The position numbers and the translations under genes were made by a program. From a virus (lineage: Duplodnaviria > Caudoviricetes), in the IMG/VR virus record IMGVR_UViG_3300021082_000080, positions 1 through 29,528 of that record: DNA of 29,528 nt. The stretch is one strand, 5' to 3'. This document shows, piece after piece, positions 16,479-24,396 of the stretch (its first letter is position 1; every line of letters starts with the position of its first letter). The notes below the pieces were generated by a model, which made no database searches, was not told the DNA's origin, and was given only the letters and a program-made list of their open reading frames with translations.

Positions 16479-17074
16479 GGCATCTCTCCTATTCGCTTAA
16501 GCCATGCTGCAAAGCGCGGCGCGAGTTGATGAACGTCGTCTTTCATTTCGGGTGTCATGGTCGACATCACGTCGGTAGGCGACTTAGCCAGCCACTCATC
16601 GCCGCCGAAATCGCGTAAGCGCCCCCAAAGCCAGAGCGCATCTTTTGAAACCACCATCCTCTCCGGTGGAGCGGTCGCCTTCAGGATGCCGTTGGTCGAT
16701 GGCTTTGAGGTTGCGGTGCCAATCGCCAAGTCGAATTCATGGTCCGACAGGTCAGCGATTTTCTGCCATCGCGATGACTGGTCTTTGGTGATGCCCAGAG
16801 ATTTGAGTGTTCCCGTGGTCGTGCTGGTCGACCGCGGGAGATTGGGGCCTTGCTTCAATGTCCCCGTTGCTTTGGGTGAGGCCCTGAGAAGCTTTCCCAC
16901 CTTGCGCTCCGCGCGCAGGCGAATTTCAGTCGCCTCGCGCTCGGCATCGGTGTTTAAGGCTTGGCGCGCATAGGCTTCGAGCGCCACTGCCTGGTCATGA
17001 ATTTCTTTCGCCTCGTCGACCCGGTGTGCTTCCGCGATCGCGCGGCACATGGCGTTGTAGCGAACCAGTTCCAT
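16475..17074 (-). CDS. Hypothetical DNA-binding-like protein, first gene of PL operon
   Basis: Start MELVRY after GGGAG; EIRLRAERKVGKLL and LGITKDQSSRWQKIA motifs. Confidence 0.7.
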   Translation of the reverse strand: MELVRYNAMCRAIAEAHRVDEAKEIHDQAVALEAYARQALNTDAEREATEIRLRAERKVGKLLRASPKATGTLKQGPNLPRSTSTTTGTLKSLGITKDQSSRWQKIADLSDHEFDLAIGTATSKPSTNGILKATAPPERMVVSKDALWLWGRLRDFGGDEWLAKSPTDVMSTMTPEMKDDVHQLAPRFAAWLKRIGEMP

Positions 17075-17105
17075 GGTGATGGCGTGCTCCCGATTGACGG
17101 GGAGT

Positions 17106-17158
17106 ACTTTGCCTTCAGCAAAGTTTAACGTCAAGAATAATCTTTGCGCTCAGCAAAG
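17106..17158 (-). promoter_or_regulatory. PL promoter with two operators
   Basis: TTGACG-N17-CAAAGT on minus strand; CTTTGC-N5-GCAAAG palindromes at 17107-17123 and 17142-17158. Confidence 0.8.
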
Positions 17159-17207
17159 TATTTTCTTTTGAGGGCTCAACCAAAGGTTTTAGTGGAAGAA
17201 TCAGCGC

Positions 17208-17540
17208 TCAATGGGCGGACTGTCGACGCCTTAGTCGCTCAAGCTGATCGGAAGGGATTTTCTTTAATTCCTCAAGTACAGCACGAGGAGGAGGTGGGCT
17301 TTGTAAGTCCCTGGCCCCCATCCTCATAGCACTTGCAATCTTAACTAGAACTTTCAAGCTAGGGTTGTCTTTGGTTCTATGTATAAGTTGGTTCAAATAT
17401 GGCTCGCTAACGCCAGCATCTTTAGCAACCGCTCGCGCCTGTAGGCCAAGAGCTTCGATCCATTCACCAATATAAAGCTTTGGTTCGAGAATTGACGGGC
17501 TAGGCTTCATGAGGGGATTTTCCGTCGTCAACCCGCTCAT
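17208..17540 (-). CDS. CI-like XRE HTH repressor (no protease domain)
   Basis: ARAVAKDAGVSEPYLNQLI....NPSLKVLVKIASAM; divergent from cro-like gene; alternative start 17510. Confidence 0.85.
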   Translation of the reverse strand: MSGLTTENPLMKPSPSILEPKLYIGEWIEALGLQARAVAKDAGVSEPYLNQLIHRTKDNPSLKVLVKIASAMRMGARDLQSPPPPRAVLEELKKIPSDQLERLRRRQSAH

Positions 17541-17544
17541 GTCG

Positions 17545-17597
17545 ATTTCCTGTCAGCAAAGTTCGCCTTGACATTAAGGCTTTGCTGGTGGCAAAGT
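17545..17597 (+). promoter_or_regulatory. PR promoter with two operators
   Basis: TTGACA (17568)-N18-CAAAGT; operators CTTTGCTGGTGGCAAAG 17580-17596 and degenerate ATTTCCTGTCAGCAAAG 17545-17561. Confidence 0.8.
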
Positions 17598-17603
17598 TAT
17601 TGG

Positions 17604-17816
17604 ATGACTGAAAAGCATCCGCTCGCCGACTGGATCGAAGCAAACACGACACAGGCCAAATTCGCGCGCGCCGTTCGATGTTCAGAAAGCCATCTGTCGC
17701 TGATCTTGAAAGGTGAGCGCGGCGTATCTCTACCGCTGGCTCAGCGACTGAGCGATGCCACGGGCGGGGACGTCGCTGTTCGGACATTCATTCGATCCGA
17801 AACTGTAGCGTCATAA
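17604..17816 (+). CDS. cro: Cro-like HTH protein
   Basis: TQAKFARAVRCSESHLSLILKGERGVSLPLAQRL..ATGG; likely leaderless start. Confidence 0.85.
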   Translation: MTEKHPLADWIEANTTQAKFARAVRCSESHLSLILKGERGVSLPLAQRLSDATGGDVAVRTFIRSETVAS

Positions 17817-17823
17817 GCGCGGG

Positions 17824-18258
17824 GTGAGGACTACTCATGCGCAAACCATCGCAGCGAAATGTTGGGAGTTCTCCCAAAAGTCTTGGGAGACCCAAATGAC
17901 GGACATTTCTGCCTCCCTGCGTGAACTCTCGGAGCCGTGGGAACGTGGCGACAAGATCAAGGCGGCCATCGCGCGGGCGGCGCGGGCCGCTGACCTCACT
18001 TACTGGCGCGCCTTCGACATTTGGTACGGCAAAGCCCGTCGGATCGAACTCGCGGAAATCAACCGCATTGAAGCCGCGCTACGGCGCAAATCCGAGGAAC
18101 ACGCGCGCAATGAACTTCACGACCTCCGAACGCGGCTCCTCCGCCTTGAAGCCTTACTCATTCAGACGGACCCGGACTTTCATCGCCCGACAATTGATCA
18201 AACTCGGGAGGCGGTGCGCGACCTTGGCCGTAACGATCGCCCCGTGGTTGGCCGATGA
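17824..18258 (+). CDS. Putative regulator at CII position (start may be 17896)
   Basis: IARAARAADLTYWRAFDIWYGKARRI HTH-like segment plus leucine coiled coil, directly after cro. Confidence 0.6.
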   Translation: MRTTHAQTIAAKCWEFSQKSWETQMTDISASLRELSEPWERGDKIKAAIARAARAADLTYWRAFDIWYGKARRIELAEINRIEAALRRKSEEHARNELHDLRTRLLRLEALLIQTDPDFHRPTIDQTREAVRDLGRNDRPVVGR

Positions 18259-18270
18259 TGAGGCCTAGCC

Positions 18271-18699
18271 ATGCCGTGGCAGACCGCAATCTGGACCGCT
18301 GAAGCCAAGGCCCGCGTGGCCGAGTTGTGGGCGCAGGGCTACACGGCGAGCCAGATCGGCGCCGTGTTCGGCGTGAGCCGCAACTCCATCATCGGGCTCT
18401 GCCACCGCCAGGGCTACACCTGCCCGCCGCGCCGCACCAAGCCGACCAGCCCACCACCGCCACTACGCAAGCGTCGTCCACTGCCGAGGGAGGTCAGACC
18501 CATGGACACTCGCATTCCGCCCGCACCACCGCTGCCTGCACCCGAGCCACTGCCGATTGGCACCCTCACCATCATGGACCTGCTCGACCACCACTGCCGG
18601 TGGCCGACCGGCGAGCCGCCCTACCACTACTGCGGGGCAACGGCGCGGACGGGATCGAGCTACTGCCCGGACCACCACAAAGAGGCGCACCACTCGTGA
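18271..18699 (+). CDS. gcrA: GcrA-family cell-cycle regulator homologue
   Basis: WT......LWAQGYTASQIG..FGVSRNSIIG N-domain; MDL..HHCRWPTG....YCG......SYCPDH C-domain. Confidence 0.9.
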   Translation: MPWQTAIWTAEAKARVAELWAQGYTASQIGAVFGVSRNSIIGLCHRQGYTCPPRRTKPTSPPPPLRKRRPLPREVRPMDTRIPPAPPLPAPEPLPIGTLTIMDLLDHHCRWPTGEPPYHYCGATARTGSSYCPDHHKEAHHS

Positions 18700-18932
18700 G
18701 GGGCGGCATCCCGAGCAGGCAGCGGCAATTCAAGCCCGTGCCGGGCGAGGCGGTGGCGCTCGACCCGAGCGAGCAGGCGGAACGGGAGCGGTCGGGCGAG
18801 GCGATGTTGGAGGCCTTGGCCCGCGAGCATCCGGAGCGCGCCACGGAGAGCCATCCGGCCGGGACCAAACTACCGCGGCGAGTGTCGGCGCCGTCGATCG
18901 ACAGCGGACTGAAATCCAACTTCGAACAATAG
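18696..18932 (+). CDS. Hypothetical protein, 78 aa
   Basis: GTGA-coupled to gcrA stop; fills gap to next RBS. Confidence 0.5.
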   Translation: MRGGIPSRQRQFKPVPGEAVALDPSEQAERERSGEAMLEALAREHPERATESHPAGTKLPRRVSAPSIDSGLKSNFEQ

Positions 18933-18944
18933 GAGACACCCCCA

Positions 18945-19340
18945 ATGAGCGACGACCAGACCAACGGCACCCTGCCGCCGGCACCGATGCTGCCGCTCCC
19001 GACGTTCCGGCTCGACGCGATGCGGGTGTCGATGGAACACCAGCAGATGCGCGAGCACGAACTGGACACGGCTTACCGCGAACTCGCCAACGCCAAGGTC
19101 ATCATCCGCCAAGTCGAGGCCGAGAACGAAACGCTGCGCAGCCACATCGCCACGCTGGAGAGCCGAACGGCGTCCTGCGTGCTGGAGCGCGACCAGGCGG
19201 TGGCCGAGCGTGTTGCACGTGAAACGAGCCTCGTCGCCATCGGCGGACACCTGGAGGCGATCTACGGCTTGCTGCGGCACATTGGGGTGTCTCCGCAGGC
19301 GGCCGACCCGCATCTAGGCGACGTGGTGGATGGGCCATGA
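18945..19340 (+). CDS. Coiled-coil hypothetical protein
   Basis: AGGAGA RBS; heptad-rich centre. Confidence 0.7.
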   Translation: MSDDQTNGTLPPAPMLPLPTFRLDAMRVSMEHQQMREHELDTAYRELANAKVIIRQVEAENETLRSHIATLESRTASCVLERDQAVAERVARETSLVAIGGHLEAIYGLLRHIGVSPQAADPHLGDVVDGP

Positions 19341-19540
19341 AAACCTCGATCGCGGAACTCATCAAGGCGGCGCGGGCGCAGGCCGAGAAACTGCGGCGCG
19401 CGAGTTTTGGCGATGCCGACGACCTTGGCCAGATGCTGACGCGGGCCGAGGCCAAGCTCTGGCAGGAACTAGCCGACAGCGCCGAGCTCGCCATGGTGAA
19501 ACTCCTGAGGAAGGCCGAGGCCGGGAGCAACGAGCCATGA
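19337..19540 (+). CDS. Hypothetical protein, 67 aa
   Basis: ATGA coupling both sides. Confidence 0.6.
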   Translation: MKTSIAELIKAARAQAEKLRRASFGDADDLGQMLTRAEAKLWQELADSAELAMVKLLRKAEAGSNEP

Positions 19541-19656
19541 GCGGCTTCAACAGCCTCGACACCTACCGATCGGCCTTCCTGATCCTGGTCGTGGTCTTGG
19601 CACTCTCGATCGCCAGCATCACAGCGCTCGGCATGATGATCGCGAAGATGATTTAG
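19537..19656 (+). CDS. 39-aa single-TM peptide
   Basis: MSGFNSLDTYRSAFLILVVVLALSIASITALGMMIAKMI; GGGAG RBS and ATGA overlap. Confidence 0.55.
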   Translation: MSGFNSLDTYRSAFLILVVVLALSIASITALGMMIAKMI

Positions 19657-19658
19657 CC

Positions 19659-19985
19659 ATGCAGAGAACTAACAAAAATACAGATATTCGAATCCGATTT
19701 GAGCGGTTGACAATTCCTGAGCCAAACAGCGGGTGCCTTTTATGGCTGGGGTGTTGCCGTCCCCGCGGTTATGGAAAACTCAAAATAGGCCGCTCGCTTC
19801 GCCAAGCCACGCATATCGCTCTTGAATTAGCAGGCAGGCCGGTCCCACTTGGAAAGTGGGCGCTTCATACCTGCGACAATCCGTATTGCGTCAACGTCGA
19901 CCATCTCTTCTTCGGCACCCAGTCCGACAACATGCGGGACATGGATGCAAAGGGAAGGAGGAAGCGCCGCCGTGCTTCGTCCTGA
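19659..19985 (+). CDS. HNH endonuclease
   Basis: SGCLLWLG...GYG...HTCDNPYCVNVDHL..GTQSDNMRDM. Confidence 0.9.
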   Translation: MQRTNKNTDIRIRFERLTIPEPNSGCLLWLGCCRPRGYGKLKIGRSLRQATHIALELAGRPVPLGKWALHTCDNPYCVNVDHLFFGTQSDNMRDMDAKGRRKRRRASS

Positions 19986-20349
19986 GCAGACTGTTCAACA
20001 GGCCGTTTTCGACCATCTCCGCTTCCGCGCGGTGCCGGGGGCGGTGTACTGGCACACAAATAACGGCGGGTTTCTGGGCGGCAAGCGCAACCGCCGCGGG
20101 GCCTCGATCGCCGGCGCGATAGCGAAAAAGAACGGCGTGCGGGCCGGCGTGTCCGACGTGCTGATTTTCCACAACTCAAAACTCTACGCACTTGAACTGA
20201 AAGCCCCCGGCGGCCGTCCGACCGTGGCGCAGTTGGAGTTCATCGCCGACATCGAGGCGGCGGGCGGATTTACGTGCGTGGCCGAGGGGATAGACCAGGC
20301 AATTAAAGCTTTGGAGCAATGGCAGCTTTTAAGGGGGAGGACGACATGA
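19972..20349 (+). CDS. VRR-NUC domain nuclease / resolvase
   Basis: GVRAGVSDV....LELKAPGGRPTVAQLEF; AAGGAGG RBS before GTG 19972. Confidence 0.88.
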   Translation: MLRPEQTVQQAVFDHLRFRAVPGAVYWHTNNGGFLGGKRNRRGASIAGAIAKKNGVRAGVSDVLIFHNSKLYALELKAPGGRPTVAQLEFIADIEAAGGFTCVAEGIDQAIKALEQWQLLRGRTT

Positions 20350-20984
20350 GCCTCGAACCAAAAAACTGGACTGAATTTCAGCACTACAAAAACCGCTCGC
20401 CTATTTGGATAAAACTACATCGCAATCTGCTCGACAATTTTGATTTTCACCGCTTGCCGGTTGCTAGCAGGGCGCTAGCACCGATGCTGTGGCTGCTAGC
20501 AAGCGAATACGACGAAGGAAAAATAACGGCGACGACGGAGGAAATAGCCTTCCGACTAAGAATGGCGGAGTCCGATTTAATTGATGCTCTCAAGCCACTG
20601 ATTGAACATGAGTTTTTTATCTCTGCTAGCAACTTGCTAGCACCCTGCAAGCAAGATGCTAGCCCAGAGAAGAGAAGAGAGAGAGAAAGAGAAGAGAAGA
20701 ATACCCCTGACGGGGTGGCAACGACCAAAGATTACGCTTTCGAGAGCGGCATCATTCGGCTGACCGAAAAGCACTTCAATAATTGGCAAGCCGCTTTCTC
20801 TCAGCTCGACCTCAAGGCTGAATTAATCGGCCTAACAGCATGGGCTGAACAACAAGGTAATCGCTGGTTCCCCGCCGTTTCTGGCGCGCTCGCCAAGCGC
20901 AACCGCGAAGTCAAAGCCGCAAAAGACAAAGCCAAGACCGATCCGGCCTTCCGCTGGAATGGTCCCATTGAGGGAGTAGTTTGA
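20346..20984 (+). CDS. Replication initiator protein (lambda O analogue)
   Basis: NWTEFQHYK.R.PIWIKLHR N-domain, internal iterons, EKRRERERE linker, upstream of helicase. Confidence 0.75.
   Translation: MSLEPKNWTEFQHYKNRSPIWIKLHRNLLDNFDFHRLPVASRALAPMLWLLASEYDEGKITATTEEIAFRLRMAESDLIDALKPLIEHEFFISASNLLAPCKQDASPEKRREREREEKNTPDGVATTKDYAFESGIIRLTEKHFNNWQAAFSQLDLKAELIGLTAWAEQQGNRWFPAVSGALAKRNREVKAAKDKAKTDPAFRWNGPIEGVV
20462..20701. repeat. Iterons and purine tract, putative replication origin
   Basis: TGCTAGCA-type octamers at 20462, 20473, 20494, 20624, 20635, 20646, 20657, followed by pure A/G tract 20665-20701. Confidence 0.75.
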
Positions 20985-21820
20985 TGGCCAATGTGGTCCC
21001 GTTGCCCGGTCTCTATCGTCACGACCAGCCGGGCTATTATTCGCTCGCTGAATTACCGCAAAGGGGGTCGATCGAGAAGCAAGCCATCAGCACGGGCTGG
21101 TGGGAATTGGACCAGATTTTCAAGTTTTACGCAGGCCAATTTGTGGTTTGCACCGGCATTGCGGGCCACGGCAAGTCGACGTTTTTGCTCAATGTCTTGA
21201 CCAAAATAGCGCGCGAGCAGGGCATCCGGTCATTCATGTATGTGCCGGAAAACGAAGCCTATTTGCGCGACAAACTCCAGAAATTGTGGGTCGGCAGCCT
21301 CGATAGTTTCGAGCATTTCGCGACCACGCAATGCTTTCTCCAGTCGTCCACGCCCGATGCCTATGACGAACGGCCGCGCACGCTGGATTGGGTTTTGGAA
21401 AAGGCGGTGGTGGCGATCGAGCGCGATGCGGTCGAGGTGGTGCTGATCGATCCTTGGAACGAACTCGATAGGGCGCGGCCAAAAGACCAGTTGATGACCG
21501 ATTATATCGGCGACTGCCTGATGTTGCTGAAGCAGTTTTGCCGCTCGTTCAACGTCACCGTCATTGTGGTGGCGCATCCGACCAAGGCGATTAACGAGCA
21601 CGGCGGCCGGCAGGTTGGCCTGATGGACATCGAGGGCTCGATGGCTTGGTTCAACAAGTGCGACAATGGCCTGATCGTCGTGCGCGACGCCGAGAAGAAC
21701 AGTTGCAAGGTCGTTAGTGCCAAGGTGCGCGAGATTGGCGCCGGCCGGGTAGGGGCTTGTTTCTTCGACGTTGATCCACAGACCGGAATTTACAAACCTC
21801 AATATGGCGCGGTGCTGTGA
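20981..21820 (+). CDS. SF4 (DnaB/T7 gp4/Twinkle-like) replicative helicase domain
   Basis: Walker A GIAGHGKS, Walker B VVLIDPWN, VVAHPTK, DIEGSMAWFNKCDNG. Confidence 0.88.
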   Translation: MMANVVPLPGLYRHDQPGYYSLAELPQRGSIEKQAISTGWWELDQIFKFYAGQFVVCTGIAGHGKSTFLLNVLTKIAREQGIRSFMYVPENEAYLRDKLQKLWVGSLDSFEHFATTQCFLQSSTPDAYDERPRTLDWVLEKAVVAIERDAVEVVLIDPWNELDRARPKDQLMTDYIGDCLMLLKQFCRSFNVTVIVVAHPTKAINEHGGRQVGLMDIEGSMAWFNKCDNGLIVVRDAEKNSCKVVSAKVREIGAGRVGACFFDVDPQTGIYKPQYGAVL

Positions 21821-21996
21821 TGGACAAGCTCGACCGCACGCGCGCCAGCATCAGTGCCACGATCGACGACATCGCGCGCATTCAGAGCGAGATGACCTAC
21901 ATCGTTCGCGATGTGGCCGATCGGGAAGCCTTCGACATCGTGGCGCGGATCGAACGCAAATTGCGGGCGCTCGATAAAAAGGAAGCCGCCGAATAA
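21820..21996 (+). CDS. Hypothetical protein, 58 aa (MDKLDRTRASIS...)
   Basis: Hand-translated; TGATG coupling to helicase. Confidence 0.6.
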   Translation: MDKLDRTRASISATIDDIARIQSEMTYIVRDVADREAFDIVARIERKLRALDKKEAAE

Positions 21997-22036
21997 CCAG
22001 GTTTCACGGCACTGATAGGAGGAATGGGGATGGGAA

Positions 22037-22570
22037 ATGTCGCTGTCAGGGCCGAGGATTGTGCGCTCGCTAGAGGATATCCAGGTCGAATTGCGTTCGA
22101 TCGCCGAAACGCGGGGAATGACCCGCCTCACCATCGACGAACTCGCTGGGCTAGCGAGCGGCCACGCCGCCAAGCTGCTCGGCCCGATTCCGGCCAAACG
22201 GCTGGGTCCCGAGACCTTGCCGCGGTTATTGCGGGCGCTGGCGTTGCGGTTGGTGTTGGAGGACGACCCGGAGCGGCTGGCCGAGATTGCCGAGCATTTG
22301 CATGGACGGAGCGAGGGCCACGCCAATACGCACGTCGTGCGTATTCACCTGAAAACCCTGTCCTATGTGAACAAGGTTGCGGCGCGGATGATAAGGCGCG
22401 AGCGCCGCAAATGGGCGTTGGAAGCAACAAAACAGCGGCTTGCCGCCTTGTCGCCGGAACACCGCACCCGGCTGGCGAAGATTGCTATCCGGGCCAGGTG
22501 GAAGAAATACCGGGCACTGCGGAAGGCCAAAAGGGAGATGGAGGCAACCAATGGACAAATTGAAAAATGA
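22037..22570 (+). CDS. HTH protein with basic C-terminal helix
   Basis: GMTRLTIDELAGLASGHAAKLL XRE-like motif; LSPEHRTRLAKIA..ARW tail. Confidence 0.65.
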   Translation: MSLSGPRIVRSLEDIQVELRSIAETRGMTRLTIDELAGLASGHAAKLLGPIPAKRLGPETLPRLLRALALRLVLEDDPERLAEIAEHLHGRSEGHANTHVVRIHLKTLSYVNKVAARMIRRERRKWALEATKQRLAALSPEHRTRLAKIAIRARWKKYRALRKAKREMEATNGQIEK

Positions 22571-22844
22571 GCCGGCGCGGACGCGGACCGAGTTGGCGGC
22601 GGTATGGCCGCCAACGGCTGAAGTAGCGCGTGAGGCTGGCCATGAACCGATGAGCCCGCTTAAGGCCATCCGAGCGAAATGCTATGACTGCAGTTACTTT
22701 CAGTACCACGAGGTCCGGTTATGCGAGGCGATCAATTGTGCGCTGTGGCCGTTTCGGGCCGGCAAGCACCCCTACCATCACCTTGTCGGGAAGGCCCCTA
22801 CTACAGGGGGGTCATCCAAGGATGACGACGAAGGGGTACCCTGA
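22551..22844 (+). CDS. Small four-Cys putative zinc-binding phage protein
   Basis: KAIRAKCYDC...EVRLC....CALWPFR; GGAGG RBS. Confidence 0.7.
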   Translation: MDKLKNEPARTRTELAAVWPPTAEVAREAGHEPMSPLKAIRAKCYDCSYFQYHEVRLCEAINCALWPFRAGKHPYHHLVGKAPTTGGSSKDDDEGVP

Positions 22845-23112
22845 CAGCCTCCCACCATTCTAAATTAGTTACACGCCTGCCAGCAGGCCGCTCCACGGAA
22901 AAGAAGAGCCATTCCGTTTGGGGCAAGGTTGGCCGACCGTGGGTCGAAGTCACGGCCGGCCTATTGCCTTGGCCCATGGGCATGGGGGGATGGCGCGGGC
23001 CGTGGCAAGCCAGAATATGGTACCGGGGTCCGGGCTTTGGTACGGCACCGCGCCAAGAATTTGACAATTGTGTCGGATATTGCCTCGTTTTGCAGTCGTC
23101 ACGCGGTGGTTT

Positions 23113-23148
23113 GCAAACGAGAATTTGGTCGCAAACGAGAATTTGGTC
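23113..23148. repeat. 18-bp perfect tandem duplication
   Basis: GCAAACGAGAATTTGGTC x2 between convergent operons. Confidence 0.9.
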
Positions 23149-23153
23149 GAGTT

Positions 23154-23357
23154 TCAGCCCTGCCGTTCGAGCGTCTTTTGCCACAGCTTGGCGAGGTAGC
23201 GGGCTCGCGCGGCCTCAAAGTCGATGCCATCGGCGATCGCCCAATAGCGGACCAGCTGCCGCGACGTTTTGGCCAGTGCGGCGAGTTCGACCAAACTGGC
23301 CTTGCCGTTGCGCAACAACTTGAGGGCGGCGCGTTTTGTGTTATCAGTGGGTGCCAT
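23154..23357 (-). CDS. Small HTH protein
   Basis: ASLVELAALAKTSRQLVRYW; GAGGAG RBS. Confidence 0.7.
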   Translation of the reverse strand: MAPTDNTKRAALKLLRNGKASLVELAALAKTSRQLVRYWAIADGIDFEAARARYLAKLWQKTLERQG

Positions 23358-23448
23358 CGTATGCTCCTCGATGTGTCCTATCAGGCATTTGAAGGCGCTA
23401 CGGTGGTAGACCCCGGCAGGCTTGCCGGCTTGCCGGGGTCGACCATGG

Positions 23449-23571
23449 TCAGAACGACCCGCCGAGCACGCCGGCCCACAGCAGCATGGCGAACGTGAAC
23501 GCGGTCAGGCTTGCAAGGCTCAGGGCCTCGAGGCCGATGAGGATAGAGAACCAGCAAATGCGTTCCAGCAT
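23449..23571 (-). CDS. 40-aa hydrophobic peptide MLERICWFSILIGLEALSLASLTAFTFAMLLWAGVLGGSF
   Basis: Hand-translated; starts 4 nt after upstream stop with GAGGG RBS. Confidence 0.55.
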   Translation of the reverse strand: MLERICWFSILIGLEALSLASLTAFTFAMLLWAGVLGGSF

Positions 23572-23574
23572 GGC

Positions 23575-23853
23575 TCAACCCTCGCCCTTGGTGGTGAAGG
23601 ATGCCTTGTCACTGCTTTCGACGCAGACAAAGACGTTGCCCGTCTGATCCGGCATGCCGCCGCCGTACCATGTGCCTTTCCATTTGTATTTGTTGGCCAA
23701 CGCTTCCGCCGCCGCCGCATGATTGGCATCGGAGTTAAGCGCGTGATCCCATTCCACCGTCACGCTGCCAGCCCAAGCTTTGGCCTTGATGCGACCCGCG
23801 CGGGTATTGCTGGGGCCGATATATTTGGTGGTGATTGCTTGATAGATGCTCAT
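23575..23853 (-). CDS. Conserved-looking hypothetical phage protein, 92 aa
   Basis: QAITTKYIGPSNTRAGRIKA N-terminus; AGGGG RBS within CTGATAGG leader. Confidence 0.75.
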   Translation of the reverse strand: MSIYQAITTKYIGPSNTRAGRIKAKAWAGSVTVEWDHALNSDANHAAAAEALANKYKWKGTWYGGGMPDQTGNVFVCVESSDKASFTTKGEG

Positions 23854-23936
23854 GATATTCCCCTATCAGTTACCCGGTTTGCCGCCGGGGGGCGAATTCC
23901 GCCCCATAACCCTCCGGAGAGGGCTACAGGCCGAAA

Positions 23937-24206
23937 TCAGACCGGATCGAAAGCGTCCGGATTACGCTTGATGAAATCGGTGATTTCGTCGCTGCAATCG
24001 CGGGCGGGACAGCCGCCATACTTTGCGGCGGCTTCCTCACATTGCGCCAATGTGTAGAGCTTGCGGATACGCTTGCCGCTGGTGCCGAAGGCATAGTCCA
24101 CCGGGAACTTACCGTCGCGGCGCGGCGCGTGAATGGTGATCACAGTACCGCTAAGGCGGCCGTCGTTCTCTTTTGTGAACGATCCGTATGTACCGATAAT
24201 TGCCAT
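23937..24206 (-). CDS. Hypothetical protein, 89 aa
   Basis: AGGAGA RBS within CTGATAGG leader; first gene after leftward promoter. Confidence 0.7.
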   Translation of the reverse strand: MAIIGTYGSFTKENDGRLSGTVITIHAPRRDGKFPVDYAFGTSGKRIRKLYTLAQCEEAAAKYGGCPARDCSDEITDFIKRNPDAFDPV

Positions 24207-24262
24207 TTTACTCTCCTATCAGGTTGGGCTCTGCGCCCCCCGGCTTGCCGGCCGGTAACACC

Positions 24263-24299
24263 ATAGAGCACGACCGCCACATGCTTGTCAACCGACAAG
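24263..24299 (-). promoter_or_regulatory. Leftward sigma70-type promoter with overlapping palindrome
   Basis: TTGACA (24291-24286)-N17-CTCTAT; CTTGTC-AACC-GACAAG palindrome 24284-24299. Confidence 0.6.
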
Positions 24300-24396
24300 A
24301 TGAAAATAACTGAATTATTTTTCAGGCGACAAAGAATAACGCGCCGCATTCTGCCGGTACGTTGCTCACGTCGCCAGCCCTTGGCGCAATCGGCCG

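Noticed and set aside
23113-23148. CRISPR or mini-array
   Set aside because: Only two adjacent copies with no spacer; no cas genes or reverse transcriptase seen in the window
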